A stretch of 60,105 nt of DNA from Gammaproteobacteria bacterium (GTDB lineage: Bacteria; Pseudomonadota; Gammaproteobacteria; Ga0077536): assembly GCA_047611905.1 (NCBI GenBank), contig JBLFWZ010000003.1, forward strand, positions 1-60,105. The letters are read 5' to 3'. Both the position numbers and the translations under genes were made by a program. Positions 36,647-44,819 of the stretch are shown one piece after another. How positions within the stretch are numbered: position 1 is the stretch's first letter; each line of letters opens with the position of its first letter. The notes beneath the pieces are model-generated. The model was given only the letters and a program-made list of their open reading frames with translations. It did not search any database and was not told the origin of the DNA.

Positions 36647-39600
36647 GTTTTCTCGAAGATATTTCTAAGGTGCGCGAGCACCTTAAAGAAAATGGGCGTA
36701 TTTCTTTTCGCGCACTGAAGCGCGAATTCAGCTTGGACGACGAGGGTCTTGAAGAGATCATCGAAGAACTCGTCGATATTCAGCAAATCGCGCGTCGTGA
36801 AGAAAAATTGTTGGCGTGGATAGGGGAGCCGAATGTCGTCGACCGTAGGTCTCAGTCGGACAAAAGTTCGTCGTCCAGAATAAATGCCGATCCGAGTAGC
36901 TACACACCGCAGCACCTCGCCGAGAAAATTCTGCAAAGTCGTGCGGCACTCGAAGGCGAACGAAAGCAAGTCACTGTTTTGTTCGCTGATGTAAAAGGGT
37001 CGATGGATTTAGCGGCGCAAGTCGGTGCGGAGAGTTGGCACGTCGTTCTCGACAGATTCTTCTCTATTTTGGGTGAAGGGATCCACCGTTACGAAGGAAC
37101 CATCAACCAATACACCGGAGACGGCGTGATGGCGTTGTTCGGCGCGCCAATCGCTCACGAAGATCACGCGCAGCGCGCTTGCTACGCGGCTTTGCAGTTG
37201 CGTGACGAATTACGCCGGTTATCCGTTGAGTTGCGCATGGAGCAAGGCATCGATTTCGATGTTCGCATTGGCATTAACTCAGGCGATGTAGTGGTGGGGA
37301 AAATCGGCGATGACCTGCGCATGGATTACACCGCTCAAGGTCACACCGTCGGGATCGCGCAACGGCTTGAACAACTGGCTGAAAGTGGCCACGTATACAT
37401 CAGCGAGCATACGGCGCGCTTAGTTGACAGCTATTTTAGTGTCACAGATTTGGGTAAATCGAAAATTTCCGGGTCGGAATCCGCGCTCGGCGTCTTTGAT
37501 CTTGATGATGCCACCCAAGTCCGCACGCGCCTGCAAGTGTCGCGCGCTCGCGGTTTGACGCAATTTGTTGGTCGTGATGACGAGATGCACTTATTGAAGT
37601 CGGCGCTGAAGCGCGCTCAATCTGGCTACGGTCAAGTCGTCGGTGTGGTCGGTGATCCGGGGCTGGGTAAGAGTCGTTTGTGTTACGAGTTCGTGCAAGC
37701 GTGCCGCCGCGAAGGAGTCGCGGTCTACGAGTGCCATTGCCCGTCCCATGGCAAGACAATCCCGTTTATTCCTATCTTGGAACTATTCCGGAATTATTTC
37801 GATATTTCGGTACGGGATTCGGCGTCCCAGGCGCGGCAGAAAATTGCCGGCACTTTGGTTTTGCTCGATTCATCTCTGCAAAACGCCCTGCCAAGCTTAT
37901 TCGATTTTCTTGGCGTCCATGACCCCAGTCTCACCGCGCCGCCAGCTGAACCGGATGCGCGTCAGCGCCAGCTTTTCGACATGGTGCATAAGATTGTCCG
38001 CGCGCAAAGCGAGCGCGGGGTCGCCGCGGTTGTGATGGTCGACGATCTTCACTGGGTGGACAATTGGAGCAATGAGTTCATCGGACAGATGGTCGAGGCG
38101 GTTGAGAACTCGCACACTCTGGTGTTGCTGAATTTTCGACCCGAGTACAGCGCGTCTTGGAGCGCAAAATCCTATTACCAGCAACTGCCACTGGTACCGC
38201 TCGGCGCCGATGCGGTCCGCGATTTAGTCGCCGGGCTGTTGGGGGAACACGAATCCGTACAAGCACTGACCGAGAAAATCATGCAATGGACGGCGGGCAA
38301 TCCGCTGTTTGCCGAAGAAGTGATCAATACCTTAATTGAGACGCAACAACTGGTGGGAAGACGCGGCTCCTATCGATTGACCCGAGACGTCACCGCACTT
38401 GATGTGCCGGCCACGGTGCAAGCGATTATCGCCGCGCGTATTGACCGTCTAGATGAGTTTGAGAAAACCCTATTACACGCCGCTTCCGTCGTGGGGAAAG
38501 AATTTTCACGAGCGCTCATAGAGCGGATATCGGGCATCCCTGCTGCGGTGCTTTCGTCAACCTTAGAGCGCCTTAAGACGTCCGACTTCATATTCGAAAC
38601 GGCGCTTTATCCGACGGTTGAATACTCGTTCAAACATCCTTTAGTGCGCGAAGTGGCTTACGAAACGCAGTTGCGCGATAAATTGGCCGAACGACACTCT
38701 ACAGTTGCGCTCGCCGTTGAAGAACTGGAAGAAAATCGCATTGACGAATTCGCCTCGATGCTCGCTTATCACTGGGAGCTGGCTCAAAACCACGACGAAG
38801 CATTGCTCTGGAATGAGCGCGCGGCAAAAGTTGCCAGCGGCAACGATCCGGTCGTTGCGCTAGCTCACTGGCGTAAAGTTAGAGCTTTGGTCGATGTGGT
38901 GGTGCCGAGTAAGGCGGTGTTTGCCATTGGAGCACAAGCGGTTGGTGCGATGATGCAGCTGCAATGGCGGATGGGGATCTCGCTAGAGGAAGCCGAGCAG
39001 CAATTTGAAGACGGCAGCGGGCTTGCCGAGAAAGCGGGTGACATCGCACTACAGGCGACCTTAACTGGCGGGTATTCAATTTCGCTCGGTTTGTCGAGCG
39101 GGTACGCGAAGCACTATGTCAGCTACGGCGCGAAAGCGGCTGAACTCGCCGATCAAACCGATGATTCAATGATTCAAAACACCATGCGTAACTGGGAAGC
39201 CTGGGGCTTGCTCATGTGTACTCGGCTCGATGAATCTGCGGCGCGTTTCGACGAAATTGCACTTCGGATCCCTGATGAACCGAACTATGGCGCGGAGATC
39301 GTATTTCCGAATTTGCACTGGTCGTACTTGCACGGACGGAGTTACGCTAATTGTATCCGCGGCAATATCGATCTCTGCAAGATCGATATTCGTAACGCAC
39401 GCAGTTCTATCGACCACCGCCATGAGATTCGAGCGTTTAGCGATGTCATGGAATTTCTAATGCTCTTCCCGTTGGGCGAATTTTCGCGTTCGAGGGCATT
39501 GGCGCAAAACGCACTTAGTGTTGCAGAGACCACGATGGCCCGAGTGTTAGCTTATATGGCAATGGCGCGTCAGCATTGGCACGACCGCGAATTCGACCAA

Positions 39601-40047
39601 GCAGAGAGCTTTGCGCGCAATTCATTAGAATTATCCGAAGCAGAAAACAGTTGCGGTTGTTGGCGTGGCGCGGTGCTTGCACCGCTTATTGAAACGGAAG
39701 TCGCCACGGGCAGAGCCGAATCCGGCAGGCAGCGCGGCCTCGAGGCGATCGCTTACTGTCACGAACGTGAGCTGTACTGGGATATGCCGTTATGGCTGGC
39801 GCTGGCGCGAGCCTGCACGGTTGTTGGTGATCAAGACGGCGCTGTTGCTGTGCTCGATGAATTAGAACAGATCATCAATCGCTGCAACGCTAATCTTTAC
39901 CGACCTTTTTTACATGAGTATCGAAGCGAATTCGCGACAAAGTATAAAGAACGTTGGGACGTAGATACCGAGCGACAACTGGCGATCAATGGATTCACGC
40001 TTCTCGGTGCCGAAGGACAGTTAGATCAACTAAAAAGTGCGCTCTAA
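36643..40047 (+). CDS. Winged-helix-like N-domain + class III nucleotidyl cyclase + STAND/AAA P-loop ATPase + TPR-like repeat protein (copy 2, paralogue of 33269..36646)
   Basis: 1134 aa. The cyclase and ATPase motifs match copy 1 (GVVGDPGLGKSRL, VMVDDLHWVD). The N-terminus is different (MSFLEDISKVREHLKENGRISFRALKREFSLDDEGLEEIIEELV). Its ATG overlaps the stop of copy 1 (ATGA 36643-36646). Confidence 0.85.
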   Translation: MSFLEDISKVREHLKENGRISFRALKREFSLDDEGLEEIIEELVDIQQIARREEKLLAWIGEPNVVDRRSQSDKSSSSRINADPSSYTPQHLAEKILQSRAALEGERKQVTVLFADVKGSMDLAAQVGAESWHVVLDRFFSILGEGIHRYEGTINQYTGDGVMALFGAPIAHEDHAQRACYAALQLRDELRRLSVELRMEQGIDFDVRIGINSGDVVVGKIGDDLRMDYTAQGHTVGIAQRLEQLAESGHVYISEHTARLVDSYFSVTDLGKSKISGSESALGVFDLDDATQVRTRLQVSRARGLTQFVGRDDEMHLLKSALKRAQSGYGQVVGVVGDPGLGKSRLCYEFVQACRREGVAVYECHCPSHGKTIPFIPILELFRNYFDISVRDSASQARQKIAGTLVLLDSSLQNALPSLFDFLGVHDPSLTAPPAEPDARQRQLFDMVHKIVRAQSERGVAAVVMVDDLHWVDNWSNEFIGQMVEAVENSHTLVLLNFRPEYSASWSAKSYYQQLPLVPLGADAVRDLVAGLLGEHESVQALTEKIMQWTAGNPLFAEEVINTLIETQQLVGRRGSYRLTRDVTALDVPATVQAIIAARIDRLDEFEKTLLHAASVVGKEFSRALIERISGIPAAVLSSTLERLKTSDFIFETALYPTVEYSFKHPLVREVAYETQLRDKLAERHSTVALAVEELEENRIDEFASMLAYHWELAQNHDEALLWNERAAKVASGNDPVVALAHWRKVRALVDVVVPSKAVFAIGAQAVGAMMQLQWRMGISLEEAEQQFEDGSGLAEKAGDIALQATLTGGYSISLGLSSGYAKHYVSYGAKAAELADQTDDSMIQNTMRNWEAWGLLMCTRLDESAARFDEIALRIPDEPNYGAEIVFPNLHWSYLHGRSYANCIRGNIDLCKIDIRNARSSIDHRHEIRAFSDVMEFLMLFPLGEFSRSRALAQNALSVAETTMARVLAYMAMARQHWHDREFDQAESFARNSLELSEAENSCGCWRGAVLAPLIETEVATGRAESGRQRGLEAIAYCHERELYWDMPLWLALARACTVVGDQDGAVAVLDELEQIINRCNANLYRPFLHEYRSEFATKYKERWDVDTERQLAINGFTLLGAEGQLDQLKSAL

Positions 40048-40138
40048 TCGATCCAAGTTCCGCAGCAATGTGGCAATTAAATTAACGACTTAACCTTGAA
40101 TCAATCCATTTACCCGAATTTTAACAACGGAGAATGCC

Positions 40139-41353
40139 TTGAACACTGAGCACTTATTAACGGGGATCCGAATCCTCGATCTGACCCGCGTACTCGCTGG
40201 TCCAACGTGCACGCGCTTGTTTTCTGAAATGGGAGCCGACGTCATTAAGGTTGAGTCGGGGCCAGACGGCGATATGGTGCGCAACATTTCAAAGATGCGT
40301 AACGAACGTAGCCTTTACTTGATACAACAAAATTTGAACAAACGTAGCTTCTGCGTCGATTTCCGTAAGTCCGAAGGGCTTGCCTTGATCCGCGAGTTGG
40401 TTCCGCACTGCGATGTCGTCGTAGAGAACTTTCGCCCCGGTGTGATGGATAAGATGGGATTCGGGTACGAAGCACTCAAAGCATTGCGTGAAGATATCAT
40501 CCTCTGTTCGATTTCTGCTTTAGGACAAAGCGGACCGCTGTCACATAAGCCCGGTTACGATCCGATTGCTCAGGCTTATTCGGGAATCACGTCAATGATT
40601 GGTGAGCCGGACGAATTGCCAGTTTTACCAAGCGTAGGACTCGGTGACGTGAGCACCGGTACGCACGCGGCATTCGCGATCGCTGCAGCATTGTTACACC
40701 GGCATCGCACGGGTCGCGGTCAAGCCTTAGATATCGCGCTGCTCGATTGCTACTACCATTACCACGAGGCAGGCGTGCACCAAGTGAGCGCCAGTGACGG
40801 GGCCATGGAACCTACTCGCGGCGGGCGCCATTTCTCCTATGTGTGTCCGGTCGGGATATTTCCGGTGAAGGATCGAAGCCTGGTGCTAGTCGCGTTTCTG
40901 CATCACTGGCCAGATCTGTGCTCAGCAATGAACCGACCGGACCTCGCGGAGGATCCGTTATATGCTCTCGACGCCGAGCGGGTGCTGCGCCGCGACGAAG
41001 TGAACGGGCTCATTACGGACTGGCTTGATACGTTCGCGGATGTGTCTGCGGCCATTACAAAGCTGGAAGAACATGGCATTCCCTGCGCACCGGTTCTGAG
41101 CGTTAAAGAGACAGTAACGCATCCCCATTTTCTTGCCCGCGGTACCGTCCGTACGGTAGTCGACCCGATTGCAGGTTCATTCCAGATCCCTGGCATGCCG
41201 ATTAAAACGTCGGAGTATCCGGCCGACAATCCCTACGTCGCGCCGCTTCTGGGCGAACATAACGAAGCAATATTGCGTGAGTTACTCGGCAAGAATGAGG
41301 CCGAAATAAGCGCCCTGGTGAACGACGGCGTATTAGTAGCGGGCGACAACTAA
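40139..41353 (+). CDS. Family III CoA-transferase (CaiB/BaiF family)
   Basis: 404 aa. LTGIRILDLTRVLAGPTCTRLFSEMGADVIKVE is the family N-terminal signature. TTG start. Confidence 0.85.
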   Translation: MNTEHLLTGIRILDLTRVLAGPTCTRLFSEMGADVIKVESGPDGDMVRNISKMRNERSLYLIQQNLNKRSFCVDFRKSEGLALIRELVPHCDVVVENFRPGVMDKMGFGYEALKALREDIILCSISALGQSGPLSHKPGYDPIAQAYSGITSMIGEPDELPVLPSVGLGDVSTGTHAAFAIAAALLHRHRTGRGQALDIALLDCYYHYHEAGVHQVSASDGAMEPTRGGRHFSYVCPVGIFPVKDRSLVLVAFLHHWPDLCSAMNRPDLAEDPLYALDAERVLRRDEVNGLITDWLDTFADVSAAITKLEEHGIPCAPVLSVKETVTHPHFLARGTVRTVVDPIAGSFQIPGMPIKTSEYPADNPYVAPLLGEHNEAILRELLGKNEAEISALVNDGVLVAGDN

Positions 41354-41432
41354 CCGTTCGCGGGAGCCAGCACTCTGGACATGCTTAGATGGAGAACCGA
41401 GTGCGGCTGGTCGCCTCTAGATTTATATGAAC

Positions 41433-41604
41433 GGGTTCGATTGAGACACCGATGAATTTGGCCCGGGTGGATTCAATCGGAAGATCGATAGATTCGGTCC
41501 GAAATTCAACCGCGACCCGCACATGATGGGTTCGATCGCGACACCCACGAATTTGATCCTGGCGGATCCAATCGGAACATCGATTGACTCGATCGGAAAT
41601 TCAA
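41433..41604. repeat. Imperfect tandem direct repeat, two 77-nt units with 95-bp period, in a convergent intergenic region
   Basis: Unit 1 is 41433-41509 and unit 2 is 41528-41604; by manual alignment 63 of 77 positions are identical. Each unit contains GAATTT...AAATTC inverted segments and several CGATCG/TCGA palindromes. Confidence 0.7.
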
Positions 41605-41704
41605 TTGTGATTCTCGTAAAATTGCTCCGTATATTTGAGTCATGACATCCATGAATTGAGCCAAGAGGATTAGACCCGAACACGCACAGCGCGGGCGCGC
41701 GATG

Positions 41705-42577
41705 TTAGGTTCCTGCTAACAACGTTGACTTGCGCTCAATGACTTCGGTGATGAAGGCGGCGAATACACGGAGCCGTGCGGTCTCGCGCGTGTCTGCATG
41801 ACGCAATAGCCACAACGGGTGGGCTGCAAAATTGGCCTTGTTGTCGACGCAGACGAGATCGAGAGCATGGTCGCCCATGAAGCATGGTAGATAACCAATC
41901 CCTAGACCGTTGCGCGTCGCTGCGATTTGCAATTGCTGGCTTTCGATGCGTCCGCGCGTTGGCAAGTGCGCTAAACCGGAACGCTTCACCCAGTCCGGAA
42001 AACGTTCCGTCCCGCCGATGCCGATCCAGGATGCGGATTCGGGATCGTTCAGATCGTGCGTCGCCAAGTACTCGTGGCTTGCGTAACCGGCGTTAGCCAC
42101 GACGCCGAGTTTGCGGCCAATTAAATTAGCATCTGGATGATGGGTGAAGCGCAACGCGATATCCGCCTCTCGTCGAGCGAGATCCGCCACGGATAGGCCT
42201 GGTAACAGTTCAAGTTCGATATCGGGATAACGGTCGCAGAAGGCGCGTAAATCGGGCATCAGTAATTCGCTAGCCACCACATCGACCATTGTGACCCGGA
42301 TGGTGCCGCGCAGAGTTTGCTCTTGTCCGGCAAGCTGACGTTCGGCGTTGTGTACCTCATCCTCAATTCGTTCTGCAGTCGCTAGTAAGGTTTCGCCGGC
42401 CGAAGTAAGGACTAGGCCTTGCGGCGAACGATCGAACAAACGAGTGCCGAGTGATTCTTCGAAGCGCGCGAGCCGACGTGTCATGGTCGAGTGACTAAGC
42501 CCTGCTTCTACACCGGCTTGACGCACGTTTGAGCCCCTCGTCAAGGCAAGAAATATACGTAGGTTGTCCCATTCCAT
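41705..42577 (-). CDS. LysR-family transcriptional regulator
   Basis: MEWDNLRIFLALTRGSNVRQAGVEAGLSHSTMTRRLARFEESLGTRLFDR is a canonical LysR HTH. The start is placed at the second Met (42577), as the family normally starts just before the HTH. Confidence 0.85.
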   Translation of the reverse strand: MEWDNLRIFLALTRGSNVRQAGVEAGLSHSTMTRRLARFEESLGTRLFDRSPQGLVLTSAGETLLATAERIEDEVHNAERQLAGQEQTLRGTIRVTMVDVVASELLMPDLRAFCDRYPDIELELLPGLSVADLARREADIALRFTHHPDANLIGRKLGVVANAGYASHEYLATHDLNDPESASWIGIGGTERFPDWVKRSGLAHLPTRGRIESQQLQIAATRNGLGIGYLPCFMGDHALDLVCVDNKANFAAHPLWLLRHADTRETARLRVFAAFITEVIERKSTLLAGT

Positions 42578-42650
42578 GGTGCAATTATGGACCAACCTGT
42601 TCGATAGTTACATATTTTGTTTCGTATTTGACAACCGTAGACTGCTCGCC

Positions 42651-43241
42651 ATGTCGACAGCTATTCAATTTTCGGCCCCGTCTAGTGGCCTCGCGATCAC
42701 GCTTGCTAACGGGCTATCTCTCGCCTGGGCAGCATGCTTTTGGTGCGGCGCGCCTGCCGTGATCGCCGGTTCCGCATGCCTAATTCTAGTAATGGCCACG
42801 TTGTGGGACAGTCGTTTAAGTCTATGGCTGGGTTGTGCCTTGGTGTTACATGTTCACGTTGGGATTGGGCTCGAGTTTTATAAGACAGCTTCTTGGTTTG
42901 ATCTCTTGCTCCATGGCGCTACGACCGGGTGGATCGTCTCACTAAGTTGGGAGCGGCTGAAATTAGCAGGGCTCGGAAACCTAGCAATACCGGTTTGGTT
43001 GCCCTTTATTATTCTCGCGCTTGGATTCGGCGCCGCCTGGGAATTGTTTGAAGCCAGTCTTGATGCTTTGTTCGAACTCGGCGCGCAACCAGACCTACTA
43101 GATACGAATCTTGATCTCGTCGCGGATCTGATCGGCGGGTTGCTCGCGTGTCTCGTCGTTACCGCGCGGAGATCGCGTATCGGCCACAGCTCTGGGCTCA
43201 TGCAGTACAGAGCGGGAACTCCCGCAAATGAAATTTCCTGA
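42651..43241 (+). CDS. Polytopic membrane protein of unknown function
   Basis: 196 aa from ATG 42651, with 5-6 hydrophobic helices. It is divergent from the LysR gene. The ORF-track start 42564 would overlap the LysR gene start. Confidence 0.5.
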   Translation: MSTAIQFSAPSSGLAITLANGLSLAWAACFWCGAPAVIAGSACLILVMATLWDSRLSLWLGCALVLHVHVGIGLEFYKTASWFDLLLHGATTGWIVSLSWERLKLAGLGNLAIPVWLPFIILALGFGAAWELFEASLDALFELGAQPDLLDTNLDLVADLIGGLLACLVVTARRSRIGHSSGLMQYRAGTPANEIS

Positions 43242-43327
43242 GCTGAATTCGGATTCGGCTTATCTCGCGATTTTTACTCGACGAGCGAAAACGCAATCCA
43301 CCAACGACCATTGAGGGCTATAAAATT

Positions 43328-43828
43328 ATGAACGTACAAATTAGTAAGGCAGTAGACGTACCTGCGACACGAGCTTGGGAGGTGGTATCAGATTTTTCCA
43401 ACGTCCACCGCTGCCACGCGCTTGTTCGATCTGTAACGATGCGCACGAGCGCAGCGCGCGGAGACGGCGCGGTTCGGGTATGTCACTTCTACGATGGAAC
43501 TTCAGTTACCGAAAAGATCGTCCGCTGGGACGAGGACAGAAGTTTTTCTGTTGAACTGTCGGAGTTCTCGATGCCACTTAAGCAGGCGACCGCGTCCATA
43601 GTTGTGAGTGCGACCGGTAGCGAGACCTCGGAAATTAAAATGCTGATGGACTTTACGCCAAAGTTTGGTCTACTAGGTTTGCTGATGGGGAAGTTTGTGA
43701 TGCGTCCGATGATGACCAAAATGCTTAACCGGGTGCTGGCAGGGATGGCGCATCACGCACTGACAGGTGAGGAAATCGGTGAGGCATGGAAGGATTCGGT
43801 CACTAGCGCAGATGCGATACCGGCCTAA
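43328..43828 (+). CDS. SRPBCC (START/polyketide cyclase-like) ligand-binding protein
   Basis: 166 aa. The N-terminus VQISKAVDVPATRAWEVVSDFSNVHRCHALV is typical of the SRPBCC family. Confidence 0.7.
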   Translation: MNVQISKAVDVPATRAWEVVSDFSNVHRCHALVRSVTMRTSAARGDGAVRVCHFYDGTSVTEKIVRWDEDRSFSVELSEFSMPLKQATASIVVSATGSETSEIKMLMDFTPKFGLLGLLMGKFVMRPMMTKMLNRVLAGMAHHALTGEEIGEAWKDSVTSADAIPA

Positions 43829-43872
43829 TTGAACTTCGTGTTTAAATTCACGAATCCTGTCGCGCGAATTGG

Positions 43873-43901
43873 ATGAGTAGCGGTGCTTAACCGCTACTCA
43901 T
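43873..43901. terminator. Perfect 11-bp stem / 7-nt loop hairpin between convergent genes (no clear U-tract)
   Basis: ATGAGTAGCGG-TGCTTAA-CCGCTACTCAT, read directly. It lies between the 3' ends of 43328..43828 (+) and 43952..44338 (-). Confidence 0.4.
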
Positions 43902-43951
43902 TGGTGGACAACGCAGTTAGAAGTTCACCATTTATCGAGATGAAAAACTTG

Positions 43952-44338
43952 TTACGGCGATAGCACTTTCGAATATTTCACTAAGAATGCGCCAATGAAA
44001 CCAAAAGCCGCCTGAGGCACCACGAATACGGTAGCGATAACTGCTAGATAACCAAGCAAGGTAGATTTACTTTCACCCGGGCGGTCAAACGAGACTGCAA
44101 CTGCGAGCAAACTCGCCGCCGTCACCAATATCGCGCCTAGCATTGCGAGTTTTATGCTGCCGCCAAATTTGGCGATTTTTGCTCCGATCACGAGTGGTAA
44201 AACGATGATCGATATCACTACCACGAGCATTCCGAGTGCGGTGATATTGTCGGAATCTAACCGGCTATAAAACAACGTCATCATGAACTCAATGGACCAA
44301 AACGGCAGTCCGATTCGAACGAAACGTCCCCAATTCAT
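43952..44338 (-). CDS. Small membrane protein (128 aa), unknown function
   Basis: Three to four hydrophobic helices (LGMLVVVISIIVLPLVIGA, AMLGAILVTAASLLAVAV, LGYLAVIATVFVVPQAAFGFIGAFLV). No recognisable family. Confidence 0.45.
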   Translation of the reverse strand: MNWGRFVRIGLPFWSIEFMMTLFYSRLDSDNITALGMLVVVISIIVLPLVIGAKIAKFGGSIKLAMLGAILVTAASLLAVAVSFDRPGESKSTLLGYLAVIATVFVVPQAAFGFIGAFLVKYSKVLSP

Positions 44339-44409
44339 TAGCGCCTACTACTAGCAGGATTCTCGGCTGATTAGTTCAATCCTTATTTCATAAACTTCGC
44401 GGGGTTAGA

Positions 44410-44814
44410 TCAACCACTCGTCGGCGAGAATACAAGATCAGAACCGCCCTCGCGGGCAACAAATTTCCCTTCAACTGCGTCGCCAATTTTCAAATCGTCT
44501 CCGTTCCATCTTCCCAACGCTCGCGTGCCTTCGACAAGATCGACAAGTACGAGTGTGTAAGGCACCTCGGTCACGAATGCGGCATGATATGGGTGATGGG
44601 CAACGGTCCAGCTATGGATTTTTCCTCTGCCACTCGCAGTGACCCATTTCACATCGTCGCTGTAACATCGGTCGCACAACAGTCGCGGATAATGTCGTGG
44701 TGTGCCGCATGCGCCGCACGATTGCAGCCGCAGTTCGCCATTTGCAACGCCGTCCCAGTACGGTTGGGACATCGCGGTTGGTGTTGGAACAGGTTTCGCT
44801 GGAATTTCGCTCAT
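44410..44814 (-). CDS. DUF35 OB-fold / zinc-ribbon protein (thiolase-fold partner)
   Basis: 134 aa. PYWDGVANGELRLQSCGACGTPRHYPRLLCDRC is the DUF35 rubredoxin-like zinc ribbon, followed by an OB-fold region. It lies 5 nt downstream of the thiolase-fold gene. Confidence 0.8.
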   Translation of the reverse strand: MSEIPAKPVPTPTAMSQPYWDGVANGELRLQSCGACGTPRHYPRLLCDRCYSDDVKWVTASGRGKIHSWTVAHHPYHAAFVTEVPYTLVLVDLVEGTRALGRWNGDDLKIGDAVEGKFVAREGGSDLVFSPTSG

Positions 44815-44819
44815 TAGTT

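Noticed and set aside
33269-40047. The STAND-cyclase pair as an anti-phage system (Avs-like or Pycsar-like).
   Set aside because: There is no nuclease, TIR, transmembrane or cNMP-binding effector gene nearby. No mobile-element or defence-island context is visible, and the neighbours are housekeeping or catabolic. The architecture matches widespread signalling cyclase-ATPase-TPR proteins. A defence role is not excluded, but the sequence does not support it.
41433-41604. The tandem repeat as a CRISPR array.
   Set aside because: There are only two copies. The units are 77 nt with an 18-nt gap rather than 25-40-nt repeats with similar-sized spacers. The copies are only about four-fifths identical. 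No cas genes are in the window.
41423-41683. 86-aa ORF on the minus strand spanning the tandem repeat.
   Set aside because: Its internal repetition simply mirrors the 95-bp DNA repeat. It has no recognisable RBS or family, and it lies between convergent gene ends. I treat it as a non-coding repeat element.
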